DNA of 62,542 bases from a virus (IMGVR_UViG_3300046643_000028:1-62542), one strand, 5' to 3'. Counted from the stretch's first letter, positions 25,326 through 34,913 are shown. The notes: a model not told the origin generated them from the sequence alone. Program-made: numbers and translations.

Positions 25326-25354
25326 TTGACCCATAGCCAAAAATTTTTTATACT
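25326..25354 (+). promoter_or_regulatory. Rightward sigma70-type promoter
   Basis: TTGACC-17 nt-TATACT. Confidence 0.75.
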
Positions 25355-25373
25355 AAATTTTTAAGGAACGTAT

Positions 25374-26030
25374 ATGAAGACCGGGGAAAAATACAATCGG
25401 CTAACAGTGCTAAAAACCATACCGGGGTGCTATACGAAATGCCGGTGTGATTGCGGTAACGTGGTCCGGGTGCGCAATGACAACCTTGTATCAGGGAGTA
25501 CAAAGTCCTGTGGGTGCTACGCCCGCGACTTGGCAGACGCACAGCGCAAACCCCCGCCATCCAAACCCACGAAGGCGCCCACGCGTAAAATGAAGCGCGA
25601 TGAAGCGCGCATGCGCGGCGTGTGGAGCGCCATGATGCAGCGGTGCTATAACCCAAACAACGCGGCTTACAAATACTATGGCGCCAGAGGCATAGCTGTC
25701 TCACTCGATTGGCACAACCAAGATGTTTTCATGTACGAGATGGCGTGGCTATACCGCCCCGGGTTATGGCTGGAACGCGATGATAACAATGCGCCCTACG
25801 AAGCAGACAACTGCTCATTCAGAACACCCAAAGCGCAAGCAAAGAACAGATCGAATAGTTTGCTGCTAACCGGCGCCGCAGGACGCCAAACCAATCTCTC
25901 CCAATGGGCAGAACATAACGGGGTGGCGTATCAGACAGCCTACAGAAATTACTGCAAACTAAAACTCGACGGCGAGGTGCAAGGTCCTGATCTGCTAAAA
26001 TTGTGCTTGACAAATAAAAAAACCGTATAG
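25374..26030 (+). CDS. HNH-type homing endonuclease, possibly degenerate
   Basis: G.KYNRLTV...CRCDCG...KSCGC, W.AM.QRC.NP...Y..YGARGI, LERDDNN..Y..DNC; lower GC; own promoter. Confidence 0.8.
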   Translation: MKTGEKYNRLTVLKTIPGCYTKCRCDCGNVVRVRNDNLVSGSTKSCGCYARDLADAQRKPPPSKPTKAPTRKMKRDEARMRGVWSAMMQRCYNPNNAAYKYYGARGIAVSLDWHNQDVFMYEMAWLYRPGLWLERDDNNAPYEADNCSFRTPKAQAKNRSNSLLLTGAAGRQTNLSQWAEHNGVAYQTAYRNYCKLKLDGEVQGPDLLKLCLTNKKTV

Positions 26031-26066
26031 AATCAGCCACATTGAAATTGTTTTCACTAACCCTCC

Positions 26067-26561
26067 ATGTCTACCGCCAACGCCATCGCTACGATTGAAG
26101 CCGAGACCCTAGTCGACCAGATGGGGGAGGACCAGCGCGAGCGCGCCCTGATACGTCTTCTGGCACTGCAAAACACGAACCCTGCCGAGGTGGGTTTTCC
26201 GGCGATGCTGCCCATGGAGATCGCGCTGAAGATCGACTCGCCCCAGAACATCTGCCGGGCATACGGCATCAGCAAGCAGGACTTCGGGGTGATGATCTCC
26301 CACCCGGTTTTTATCAAAGCCTACCAAGAGGCAGTGGAAGCCCTCAAGGTGGATGGCATGTCGTTCAAGGTGAAGGCCCAGATGCAGGCCGAGGACTACC
26401 TGAAGACCGCATTCCAGATGGTCAAGAATCCAGCAGTGGCGGATAACGTACGAGCCGACCTCATCAAGAACACGATCCGGTGGGCTGGGTACGATGCGAA
26501 AGCAGTGGACACCGCGTTGCCGGGCGGCGGGGCGTTTCATATCAACATCAACCTAGGTTAA
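26067..26561 (+). CDS. Probable terminase small subunit
   Basis: Helical 164 aa ending FHININLG; upstream of large subunit. Confidence 0.6.
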   Translation: MSTANAIATIEAETLVDQMGEDQRERALIRLLALQNTNPAEVGFPAMLPMEIALKIDSPQNICRAYGISKQDFGVMISHPVFIKAYQEAVEALKVDGMSFKVKAQMQAEDYLKTAFQMVKNPAVADNVRADLIKNTIRWAGYDAKAVDTALPGGGAFHININLG

Positions 26562-26571
26562 GGAAAACATC

Positions 26572-26868
26572 ATGTCGATCTACACCCCCCGACTCGGCGT
26601 GATCCTGCACATGCCGGACGTGCAAACTCCTGTGCTCACCGTACCCCTGATCGTCTCGGCAGTCGGCCCTGACGGCACGGTGGTGGGCACCGCGTTCTAT
26701 CCGTTCCGGGTACCGCAGCATGTCGGGCCGCTGTTCGCGTACACTACCGAGTCCGAAGCAAGGCAGCGCGGCGGGTCCATGGCTTGCTGGATGCCGGGGC
26801 CGCCCGAACAACCGTCTGAACAACCGTCTGGTACCCCTCCTTATGGGGAATTGCCGGTAGTCGAATAA
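26572..26868 (+). CDS. Hypothetical protein
   Basis: 98 aa; AAGGA RBS. Confidence 0.55.
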   Translation: MSIYTPRLGVILHMPDVQTPVLTVPLIVSAVGPDGTVVGTAFYPFRVPQHVGPLFAYTTESEARQRGGSMACWMPGPPEQPSEQPSGTPPYGELPVVE

Positions 26869-26908
26869 GACCACACCATCGGGGGCCATTCCAACTTAGG
26901 AGCGTCCC

Positions 26909-27163
26909 ATGTCAGTCCGTATCAGGATCACTAATGAATCCGCATTCACCCATGGCGAGGTGCGGGTTCAACTCTTTCAAGGCCCACGCATAACCGAGGG
27001 TGAGCATGGCATCGCGCAGAGTATCGAAACGCGCGCATTGTCGGTTGGCGAGAGCCATGCGTTCACACTCGAAGATGGCATGTATATAAGTGCCGAAGAA
27101 CCGAATCTGAAGGCCGGGGTGACGGATATTCCGACGCATCTCCCGGTCTTTGTTTTAGGGTAG
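26909..27163 (+). CDS. Hypothetical protein
   Basis: 84 aa; AGGAG RBS. Confidence 0.55.
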   Translation: MSVRIRITNESAFTHGEVRVQLFQGPRITEGEHGIAQSIETRALSVGESHAFTLEDGMYISAEEPNLKAGVTDIPTHLPVFVLG

Positions 27164-27198
27164 GCGTTCCCTACTCTCACCCCGGAGATAACCCCCAC

Positions 27199-28662
27199 AT
27201 GTCAGGCGTCTCGTACACCCCACCGCCCACGGTCAAAGAGTTCATCAAGCACTACACTCCGGGCGAGTTGTTTCTCGACTGGATCGTGGGGCCGGTTGGT
27301 AGCGGCAAGACGACGGGCATTTTCTTCAAACTCATCTACATGGCCCAGAAGCAGGCCAAGAGTCCGATCGATGGCATACGCCGCAGCCGGTGTGTGATCG
27401 TGCGCTCGACTGCGCCGCAGTTGGCCGACACGACGATCAAGTCGTTCATGTATTGGTTCCGCGACGGGGTGGCGGGCAAGTGGCAGACCACCATCAAGAA
27501 CTTCACGTTGAAATTCGGCGACGTGGAGTGCGAAGTAATGTTCCGCCCACTGGAGTCCGCAGATGACATCAACCGTGTGCTCTCTCTTGAAGTTACATTC
27601 GCAATCATCGACGAGTTTGTGCAGATACCACGTGAGATCGTGGAGGCTCTGTCTGCGCGCTGTGGACGATACCCTCCCGAGATTGAGGGGGGAGCAACTA
27701 ACTGGGGTATGTGGGGCGCATCGAATCCCGGGATGGAGTCGGACTGGTGGTATCCATTCCTAGAAGACAACACGCTCATCCCCGAGGATGACCAGCAGCC
27801 GACCAACTGGGTGTACTTCAAGCAGCCCTCGGGCTTCGCTGACGGCTCGCGCAAGTACGGCGGCAAGGTTGCCGAGAACACCGAGAATCTGCCGGGCCGC
27901 GCGGACTATTACACCAACTTGCAGAAGGGCAAGACCGACCACTGGATCAAGCAGTTTATCGAGGTGGCGTGGGGCTACTCCATGAACGGCAAGCCGGTGT
28001 TCCCCGAATTCAATCCGAACATCCACATGGCCGATCGGCCCATCCGGTGGAACCCGGCACTGCCCATCCTGATCGGGTACGACCCGGGCAATCGCTCGGG
28101 TGTCACCTTGGGCCAGTACCACGAATCGGTCGGGCGCATCACCATACTGCGCGAGATCGCCGAGGAGGGCTACGCGACCGACCGGCTCATCTCCGACAAG
28201 ATCAAGCCGATGCTCAAGCGCGATTTCCCGGGCTGCAGCGTCCTCGTGATCCCGGACCCGTCCTCGGTGAACGCCTCGCAGTCGCAGACCGGCAGCAGCG
28301 TGCTGACGACGCTCAAAAAGCACTTCAGCGTGGACGCCTCGGACAAGGACAATTCCATTTCGTCGCGGCTCGACCCCATGAAGTATTACCTGAGTAGACT
28401 TACACAGGAAGGACCGGCGATCATTTTCGACCCGTCCTGCGTGAAGCTGAAGCGGGCATTCATATCCGGGTACAAGTTCACGGTTAGCAAGAGCGACGGC
28501 GTGCGGGATATACCGGACAAAAACCTCCACTCGAACATCGCCGACTCCTGCACCTACTTGGTCCGGTACTGCCGCAAGGGGGAGATTCGTACAGGTAGAC
28601 GTATTGAGAAAGGGCACAAGTTCGCCTTTACACCCGCTCGAAACAGTTACAATATGCGCTGA
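27199..28662 (+). CDS. terL: Terminase large subunit
   Basis: GPVGSGKT, AIIDE, ASNP coupling motif, GYDPG and HSNIAD nuclease motifs. Confidence 0.92.
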   Translation: MSGVSYTPPPTVKEFIKHYTPGELFLDWIVGPVGSGKTTGIFFKLIYMAQKQAKSPIDGIRRSRCVIVRSTAPQLADTTIKSFMYWFRDGVAGKWQTTIKNFTLKFGDVECEVMFRPLESADDINRVLSLEVTFAIIDEFVQIPREIVEALSARCGRYPPEIEGGATNWGMWGASNPGMESDWWYPFLEDNTLIPEDDQQPTNWVYFKQPSGFADGSRKYGGKVAENTENLPGRADYYTNLQKGKTDHWIKQFIEVAWGYSMNGKPVFPEFNPNIHMADRPIRWNPALPILIGYDPGNRSGVTLGQYHESVGRITILREIAEEGYATDRLISDKIKPMLKRDFPGCSVLVIPDPSSVNASQSQTGSSVLTTLKKHFSVDASDKDNSISSRLDPMKYYLSRLTQEGPAIIFDPSCVKLKRAFISGYKFTVSKSDGVRDIPDKNLHSNIADSCTYLVRYCRKGEIRTGRRIEKGHKFAFTPARNSYNMR

Positions 28663-28696
28663 CCCAAGGCATTGAAACTATTTTAACGGAAAACCT

Positions 28697-31039
28697 ATGT
28701 CCACCATCCTCCCGCAGCAGCCGGATGCAGTCACAGCCGGGGCCGCAGCGCTGCACCAAGCACCGCCCCCTGACCCTGCCAAGCTGGCCGCCATCGGGTC
28801 GATGCTCACCGGGCGGTTCAAGCAGTACGAGTGGGACCGCCGCTCGGCCGAGCTTGGGTGGACACGCAACGCGCGGCAGTATATCGGCGTGTACGATCCG
28901 GACATCGAGCAGAACATGGACCGCAACCGGTCCAAGGCATACCCGAAAATCACCCGGGTGAAGTGCGTCTCGATGCTCAGCCGCCTCATGAATCTGCTGT
29001 TCCCGGCCGACGACAAGAACTGGACCGTCAGCCCATCGGCAGTCCCCGAGATCGAGCAGGAGGACTTGCAGAACATCCTCGACAAGCTGTTTCCTCCCCC
29101 GCCCCCGGACTCCGGCATGCAGCCCATAGGCAGTGCCGCCGCGATGCCCGCGCCGGGCGCACCCCCGGCACAAGGCGATGCGAACCCCACCCCGCTGTCC
29201 GATGACGAAAACGAAGCGATCAACGAAGCCATCATGGACTTCGCGCGCAAGCGCGCCCGCGTCATGGAGCTTGAGATCGAGGACCAGCTACAGGAGCTTG
29301 GCGGGGGCCGCTCGATAGACTACGTGGCGCTGTGCCGCAAGGTGCTCGCCTCGGGCATCAAATACGGCGCGGGCGTGCTCAAGGGTCCGTTCGTCGAGGA
29401 ACAGGATGTCAACGCGTGGGTGCGCGGCGCTGATGGCGCGGTGACGGCGGTGAAGAAAAAGAAGTATCGCCCGCGCTTCGAGTTCGTGTCCATCTGGGAC
29501 TATTACCCGGACATGTCGGCCAAGACGATCCACCAGATGGACGGACAGTTCGAGCGGGTCATTCTCACGCGCCACCAGTTGCTCGCGCTCAAGGAAAGGC
29601 CGGACTTTATCGCCGACCAGATCGAGGAAGCGTTCAAGCGCAACCCGAACGGGAATTACGTGCGTCGCGCCTACGAGACCGAGTTGTTCGCCATGGGACC
29701 GCAGTTGAACTCGGCGTCGCAGGGCAACGGAACCGCCAAGAACAAGTACGAGGCATACATCTGGGAAGGGTATCTCACCGGCCAAGAGCTTCAGAACGCG
29801 GGCAACACGATCGACTCGGACAAGCTCAACGTCGACCTCAAGGCGCAGGTGTGGATACTGGGCGACGTGGTGATCAAGGCACAGTTGTCGCCGTGGGAAA
29901 AGCTCAAGGGCGGCCACGACATCAAGGCATACCACCACTTTATTTTCGAAGAGAACGAATCGTTCCTGCTGGGCAACGGCCTGCCCAACATCGTGCGCGA
30001 CTCGCAGATGAGCATCGCCGCCGCCGCGCGCATGATGATCGATAACGCCTCGATCCAGCGCAACATGGAGGTGAACCTCGAACTGCTCGCGCCGGGGCAG
30101 GATGTGACCAGCATCCAGCCGGACAAAATCTGGTACCGCGATGATGACAATCCAAACATCACGGGCAACATGCCAGCGGTGCGGTCGATCGATATCCCGA
30201 TGCACCTGTCGGAGATGCAGCAGATGCTCAGCACGTTCCAGAACTTCGCCGACACGGAAACGTTCGTCGGGGTAGGCACGGGCGGCGACATGCAGAAAGG
30301 CCCGAGCGAGCCGTTCCGTACTGCGGCCGGAGCGTCTATGCTGCGCGGAGACGCGGCGTTGCCGTTCAAGGACGTGGTGCGCAACTTCGACATGTTCACG
30401 GTGTCGGTGATCAACGCGATCCTGATCTTCAACAAGAACTTCAACCCGGGACCGACCGATGGTGACTTCCAGCCTGTTGCGCGTGGGGCAACGTCGCTTA
30501 TTGCGAAAGAGGTTATGGGTATTCAACTGGACTCTCTGTCGCAAACTATCCAGCCGGAGGAGCGCCCTTATGTGAAGTGGCGCAATCTCATCCGCGCCAA
30601 GGCGCGCGTGCGGGACATGGATGTGGAAGATGTCGTGATGAACGACAAGGAATGCGACGCGGCGGACGCCAGCACCGCCCAGCAGCAACAGCAGAAGGAC
30701 CAGAATCAACAGCAGTTGTTGAGCGCGCAAATCCGTGAAATACTTACATCCGCTGTGAAGAACATCTCGCAGGCCGGGAAGAACAACGCCGCCTCTGCCG
30801 CTGATACGGCGAACGTGATTCTTGCAGCAGTCGATAAGGGTCTCAACCCGGACGACATCACCCCCCAAGGACAAGGCGCAAACGATGGCAACCAACCCGC
30901 AGCAAGCCAAGATGGACCGGGAAGCCCAGCTAATGGAGGCAGTAACGTTGTACCGATCGGACCCGGGATTGCAGGCGCTCAAGCAATTGCTGGAAATCCG
31001 TCAGGCCAAAGCGGTTCGAGCACTGCTGCAATGCCATGA
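28697..31039 (+). CDS. Portal protein
   Basis: 780 aa directly after terL; TRVKC, WDYYPD, GNGLP...RDSQ, TAAGASML. Confidence 0.85.
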   Translation: MSTILPQQPDAVTAGAAALHQAPPPDPAKLAAIGSMLTGRFKQYEWDRRSAELGWTRNARQYIGVYDPDIEQNMDRNRSKAYPKITRVKCVSMLSRLMNLLFPADDKNWTVSPSAVPEIEQEDLQNILDKLFPPPPPDSGMQPIGSAAAMPAPGAPPAQGDANPTPLSDDENEAINEAIMDFARKRARVMELEIEDQLQELGGGRSIDYVALCRKVLASGIKYGAGVLKGPFVEEQDVNAWVRGADGAVTAVKKKKYRPRFEFVSIWDYYPDMSAKTIHQMDGQFERVILTRHQLLALKERPDFIADQIEEAFKRNPNGNYVRRAYETELFAMGPQLNSASQGNGTAKNKYEAYIWEGYLTGQELQNAGNTIDSDKLNVDLKAQVWILGDVVIKAQLSPWEKLKGGHDIKAYHHFIFEENESFLLGNGLPNIVRDSQMSIAAAARMMIDNASIQRNMEVNLELLAPGQDVTSIQPDKIWYRDDDNPNITGNMPAVRSIDIPMHLSEMQQMLSTFQNFADTETFVGVGTGGDMQKGPSEPFRTAAGASMLRGDAALPFKDVVRNFDMFTVSVINAILIFNKNFNPGPTDGDFQPVARGATSLIAKEVMGIQLDSLSQTIQPEERPYVKWRNLIRAKARVRDMDVEDVVMNDKECDAADASTAQQQQQKDQNQQQLLSAQIREILTSAVKNISQAGKNNAASAADTANVILAAVDKGLNPDDITPQGQGANDGNQPAASQDGPGSPANGGSNVVPIGPGIAGAQAIAGNPSGQSGSSTAAMP

Positions 31040-31130
31040 ACTGGCTGACTTTCGGTCGCATCAGGCTGTGGCACAGACGTGCAACATGATGCTCAATATC
31101 ATCAACCTAGAACCGCCCAAGCAGGCTTAA
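30885..31130 (+). CDS. Small head-region protein overlapping the portal C-terminus
   Basis: Helical 81 aa in another frame; position typical of podovirus post-portal genes. Confidence 0.6.
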   Translation: MATNPQQAKMDREAQLMEAVTLYRSDPGLQALKQLLEIRQAKAVRALLQCHELADFRSHQAVAQTCNMMLNIINLEPPKQA

Positions 31131-31151
31131 CCCCCCAACCGAGGAATTGAC

Positions 31152-32126
31152 ATGCCACCCGAAATTGATCCGGCCAACCCGGCCCCGCCGATCGAAGTAG
31201 ACGAATTCGCTGCGGCGTTCGCGGAGAGCAATCTTGCGCCTGCACCTGAAGCCAAGCCTGCGGAGCCTGCTGCTCCGGAAGCTCCTGCTGACCCGGCTAA
31301 GCCTGCGGCTCCGGCAGAACCGGCTGACCCGGCTAAGCCTGCGGCTCCGGCAGCGCCGACGCCCGAAGCTCCTGCTCCGGCTGACCCGGCACCAAAGGAA
31401 GCGCCTGCTGCGCCCGAGGGCTATGTCTCGGCGGCCGAGTTCGCGGCGCTAAAAGCGCAGATGGATGCGTTGAGCAAAGCACCGCCCGCCGCGCCCGCGC
31501 CGCCCGCGCCGGAAGCCCCGGCACCCGAGGTCAAGCCGGTCTACAACCAGAGCGAGACGGACTTCCTGAAAAAGTACGAGGAAGACTGGCCGGACATCTC
31601 GCAGGGCGAAGCGCTCAAGCGCCGGGCTGAATACCAGCAACTCGTGCAGCACGTGTTCGACACGATGTCGCCGATCATCGCCGAATTGCGTGCTCAGACC
31701 GGCCGCGTCGCGGATCGTACGCAGTTGGAGGACTTGGAGACGCTGATCCCGGACTATCACACAGTTCGAGACCCGGCTATCGCGTGGGTGCAGTCCCAGC
31801 CCCCGCGTATCAAGGCAGGGTTTGAGGAGGTGACGCGCTCGGGCACGCCGGAGGAAGTCAAGGCGCTGATCGACACGTGGCGCACGATGACCGGGTATAA
31901 GCCCCCGGAGGAAGCCCCGCCACCCGCTGGTGCCCCTCCGGCTGCTGCCGCTGCCCCCACGCCGCCCGTCGTGACCAAGCCCGCACCCAACGCGGCGCTC
32001 CCGGCAGCGGCAGCGGCGGCGGCGGCGGCGCTCAAGCCGGTCAATACCGCCAGAAGTCAGCCGCAGGCCGCTGCCGACCCGAACGATTTTGACAGCGCGT
32101 TTGCAGAATTTGCAGCCGCGAAGTAG
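31152..32126 (+). CDS. Probable scaffolding protein
   Basis: Pro/Ala-rich; FAAAF at N-terminus, DFDSAFAEFA at C-terminus; between portal and capsid. Confidence 0.7.
   Translation: MPPEIDPANPAPPIEVDEFAAAFAESNLAPAPEAKPAEPAAPEAPADPAKPAAPAEPADPAKPAAPAAPTPEAPAPADPAPKEAPAAPEGYVSAAEFAALKAQMDALSKAPPAAPAPPAPEAPAPEVKPVYNQSETDFLKKYEEDWPDISQGEALKRRAEYQQLVQHVFDTMSPIIAELRAQTGRVADRTQLEDLETLIPDYHTVRDPAIAWVQSQPPRIKAGFEEVTRSGTPEEVKALIDTWRTMTGYKPPEEAPPPAGAPPAAAAAPTPPVVTKPAPNAALPAAAAAAAAALKPVNTARSQPQAAADPNDFDSAFAEFAAAK
31287..31353 (+). repeat. 31-bp direct repeat with 36-bp period in the scaffold gene
   Basis: GCTGACCCGGCTAAGCCTGCGGCTCCGGCAG twice (ADPAKPAAPA). Confidence 0.85.
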
Positions 32127-32141
32127 TATCCGCGTAGCAGG

Positions 32142-32167
32142 AGCCGCCGTCTTGGCGGCTTTTCTTT
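32142..32167 (+). terminator. Intrinsic terminator
   Basis: AGCCGCC-GTCTT-GGCGGCT-TTTCTTT. Confidence 0.75.
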
Positions 32168-32189
32168 AATGTAACTAAGGAGAGTCACC

Positions 32190-32396
32190 ATGGCAGCAAT
32201 CCCGAAAGTCAAAAACTCCGACATCCAAGCGGCAATTATGGACAACGGCACGAAGAAAGTTCTGCAGGCCATGAACTTCGGTCAGCAGGTGCCTTTCATC
32301 GCCGCGTTCACCAACGGCACGGATACGGCCACACAGACCAATCTGAACACGTTGATGACGGCGCTGCAGAACGCAGGAATTATGGCTTCGTCGTAA
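32190..32396 (+). CDS. Head fibre-like small protein
   Basis: C-terminal NTLMTALQNAGIMAS resembles the head-fibre terminal helix; TAAGGAG RBS. Confidence 0.55.
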   Translation: MAAIPKVKNSDIQAAIMDNGTKKVLQAMNFGQQVPFIAAFTNGTDTATQTNLNTLMTALQNAGIMASS

Positions 32397-32432
32397 GCCC
32401 AGCAGCAAACCCCGTAACTTCAGGAGCAGGCA

Positions 32433-32672
32433 ATGACGATTTACGCTGATTCTCGCGTCGGCGAGACATATATCTTCGGGAGCGCCAACGGCGCGCAATA
32501 TCTGCTGCAAACAGTCCCGGCGAATAATGGGCAGGCGTTGCCGGAGTCTGTGCTAGAAGAGATCATGGCGATCTTGATGGCTGGCGGATACATGGGCAAC
32601 GCATACGGGAACTATATTGCCGTGGATAACGCCCCCACCACCACAAAGGTGTACCCAGACCCCCCGGGCTGA
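32433..32672 (+). CDS. Hypothetical protein
   Basis: 79 aa; AGGAG RBS. Confidence 0.55.
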   Translation: MTIYADSRVGETYIFGSANGAQYLLQTVPANNGQALPESVLEEIMAILMAGGYMGNAYGNYIAVDNAPTTTKVYPDPPG

Positions 32673-32810
32673 AGAATTTTATTTACACACAAACAACTTT
32701 CAACGTATATTTCGGGCTAGACACTGCGCTCACCCAGACAAGCCGGGTAAGAGAGGCACTGTAAATCGAAAGAAACGAAACTATTTCTCAGCATTTATAG
32801 GAGCCTCACA

Positions 32811-33860
32811 ATGGCCGCAACAACCCACTATGGCGATATTTCCCCCCGGGTCGCCGCATACGCAGTCTCGCAATTGCTCAAGCGCGGGATGCCGTATCTG
32901 ATCCTCGAAAAGTTCGGTCAGACGTACCCGATCCCGACGAACAGCACGAAGGTCGCCAAGTTCCGCCGCTACTTCCTCGTGGGTTCCACGGGCGCCGCTG
33001 GTGAAGGCAACCCGGCAAACCCGTTCGTGACCGCGCTGTCGATCACGCCGCTGACGGAAGGTGTCACGCCGTCCGGCAAGGCGCTCACCAATCAGGATTA
33101 CACCGTCACGCTCGTGCAGTACGGCGACTACGTGACCATCACCGACATCGTGCTGGACACGGCCGAAGACGGCGTGCTGCAGCAAGCGACGGAAGTGCTC
33201 GGCGAATCGGCCGCGCAGACCATCGAAACGATCCGCTACAACATCCTGAAGGCCGGTCTGAATGTGTTCTGGTCGAACGGCACGGTGCGCACCTCGGTGA
33301 ACACCCCGATCACGCTGGCTCTGCAGCGCAAGGTCACGACGGCGCTCACCCGCCAGAACGCCAAGCGCCTCACGACCATCGTGAAGTCGACGCCGGACTT
33401 CCGCACGGAACCGATCGAAGCCGCGTTCATCGGCCTCGTTCACCCGGACATGGAAACGGATATCCGCTCGATGAGCGGCTTCATCCCGACCAAGCAGTAC
33501 GGCACCGTGACCCCGTGGGAAAACGAGATCGGCTCGGTCGAAACCGTGCGTTACCTGCAGTCGACGATTTTCGCTCCGTTCCCCGACGCAGGCGGCGCGT
33601 ACGCTGGCTCGGGCACGGCGATGCGCTCGACGAGCGGCACCAACGCCGACGTGTATCCGGTCCTGTATCTGGGCCGCGACGCATACGGCATCGTCCCGCT
33701 CAAGGGCAAGGATTCGCTGGTTCCGATGGTCGTGAACCCGAAGCCGGCTGCTGGCGATCCGCTGGGCCAACGCGGCACCGTGGGCTGGAAAGCCATGACC
33801 ACGGCTGTAATTTTGAATGACGCCTGGATGGCAAGATTGGAATGTGCTGCGACCGCGTAA
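32811..33860 (+). CDS. Major capsid protein, N4-gp56 family
   Basis: YGDISPR, PLTEGVTP, L.QYG, ENEIGSV...R, DPLGQRGTVGWK. Confidence 0.92.
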   Translation: MAATTHYGDISPRVAAYAVSQLLKRGMPYLILEKFGQTYPIPTNSTKVAKFRRYFLVGSTGAAGEGNPANPFVTALSITPLTEGVTPSGKALTNQDYTVTLVQYGDYVTITDIVLDTAEDGVLQQATEVLGESAAQTIETIRYNILKAGLNVFWSNGTVRTSVNTPITLALQRKVTTALTRQNAKRLTTIVKSTPDFRTEPIEAAFIGLVHPDMETDIRSMSGFIPTKQYGTVTPWENEIGSVETVRYLQSTIFAPFPDAGGAYAGSGTAMRSTSGTNADVYPVLYLGRDAYGIVPLKGKDSLVPMVVNPKPAAGDPLGQRGTVGWKAMTTAVILNDAWMARLECAATA

Positions 33861-33919
33861 AGCGTCTTGTAGTTTCTCGCCGGTGAGGATAAGCTACCCC
33901 AACTAACCGGGGTAGCGAA

Positions 33920-34462
33920 ATGCCAGAAATCAGAGTGTGTTTATCTTGCAGCACGCAGTTCAGCGCAAAGCCATCATCGCCTCAGCGCTACTGCTCTAAA
34001 GCCTGCATGTATGCGCGCAATGACACTACGAGAAGCTGTGAGATATGCAGCAAGTTGTTTCGCTCCCCACCGAGTCAGATGCATGTTCGGACATGTTCTC
34101 CGGAATGCGGATACAAGGTACGGGTTGTAGCCAATGCTAAGGGTGTCACCTATATCGCTATAGATGCCACCGGCACCAAGATTCGCCGAAGGACGCTGCC
34201 ACATGTGACAGCCCACAATGCGGATCGAAGGGCAGCAAAAGCTAAAGCTGCTGTGGGGTGGGCGGATAAAGACAAAATGGCTTGGTTTTACAGAGAAGCT
34301 AGGAAGTTGACTAAATTGACCGGGTTGGTCTATCACGTCGACCACATAGTGCCACTCACAAGCAAATTGGTCTGCGGCTTGCACAACGAGTTTAATTTGC
34401 AACTGCTTCCCGGCGCGGATAATATCCGTAAGCACAACAGGCGATGGCCCGATATGCCTTAG
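33920..34462 (+). CDS. Free-standing HNH endonuclease with N-terminal Cys repeats
   Basis: CxxC...CSxxC twice; YHVDHIVPL...VCGLHNEFNLQ...N..KHN; atypical codon usage. Confidence 0.85.
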   Translation: MPEIRVCLSCSTQFSAKPSSPQRYCSKACMYARNDTTRSCEICSKLFRSPPSQMHVRTCSPECGYKVRVVANAKGVTYIAIDATGTKIRRRTLPHVTAHNADRRAAKAKAAVGWADKDKMAWFYREARKLTKLTGLVYHVDHIVPLTSKLVCGLHNEFNLQLLPGADNIRKHNRRWPDMP

Positions 34463-34490
34463 CTTGTAACCCCAATCTAGGAGAAACACC

Positions 34491-34820
34491 ATGGCAGTTT
34501 TGACCAATGTGCGCACCGATGCGAACGGCATCGTCGAATTCTCGACGGGCCAGATCGTCACGGATGCAAACGCGCAAGTAGCTACGGCTATCGCGGTAGG
34601 CTTCAAAGCCCGCCACGCCAAGTTCTTCCCGGTCCCGGCTTCGTCGGGCGCGATGACGATCTACGAATGGCATGAAGGCATGCCCGCTGGCTCGTACATC
34701 ACGCAGGCGGGTGCGTACGTGTCCACGGGCGGCCCGGTTGTGACGGATGAGCGTACGGTGACGTTCCCGGCCGCCATCTTCGTCAACTCGTCGACCCACG
34801 TCTGGGAAATCGAAGGCTAA
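34491..34820 (+). CDS. Probable capsid decoration protein
   Basis: 109 aa; strong RBS; follows capsid gene and precedes a terminator. Confidence 0.55.
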   Translation: MAVLTNVRTDANGIVEFSTGQIVTDANAQVATAIAVGFKARHAKFFPVPASSGAMTIYEWHEGMPAGSYITQAGAYVSTGGPVVTDERTVTFPAAIFVNSSTHVWEIEG

Positions 34821-34863
34821 GCGTCTCTCAGGGGGAGGAGTGCCCTCCTCTTCCCTTTTACGG

Positions 34864-34899
34864 CCCCCGGCGTATCCCAAGGTGCGCAGGGGGTTTTTT
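34864..34899 (+). terminator. Intrinsic terminator
   Basis: CCCCCGGCGTATC-CCAA-GGTGCGCAGGGGG-TTTTTT. Confidence 0.7.
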
Positions 34900-34913
34900 C
34901 TAGGAGAGATACA

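Noticed and set aside
26007-26033. Promoter TTGACA...TAGAAT before the small terminase
   Set aside because: Boxes are near consensus but the spacer is only 15 nt; left uncalled
29288-30982. Long antisense ORFs (also 45314-47233 and 47957-49837)
   Set aside because: Shadows of GC-rich sense genes with no motifs
32680-32810. Riboswitch in the capsid leader
   Set aside because: Short stems only; no match to a class I can recognise; an Rfam search would settle it
33860-34491. Group I intron in the capsid gene
   Set aside because: Capsid ORF is complete and flanks are too short for an intron core
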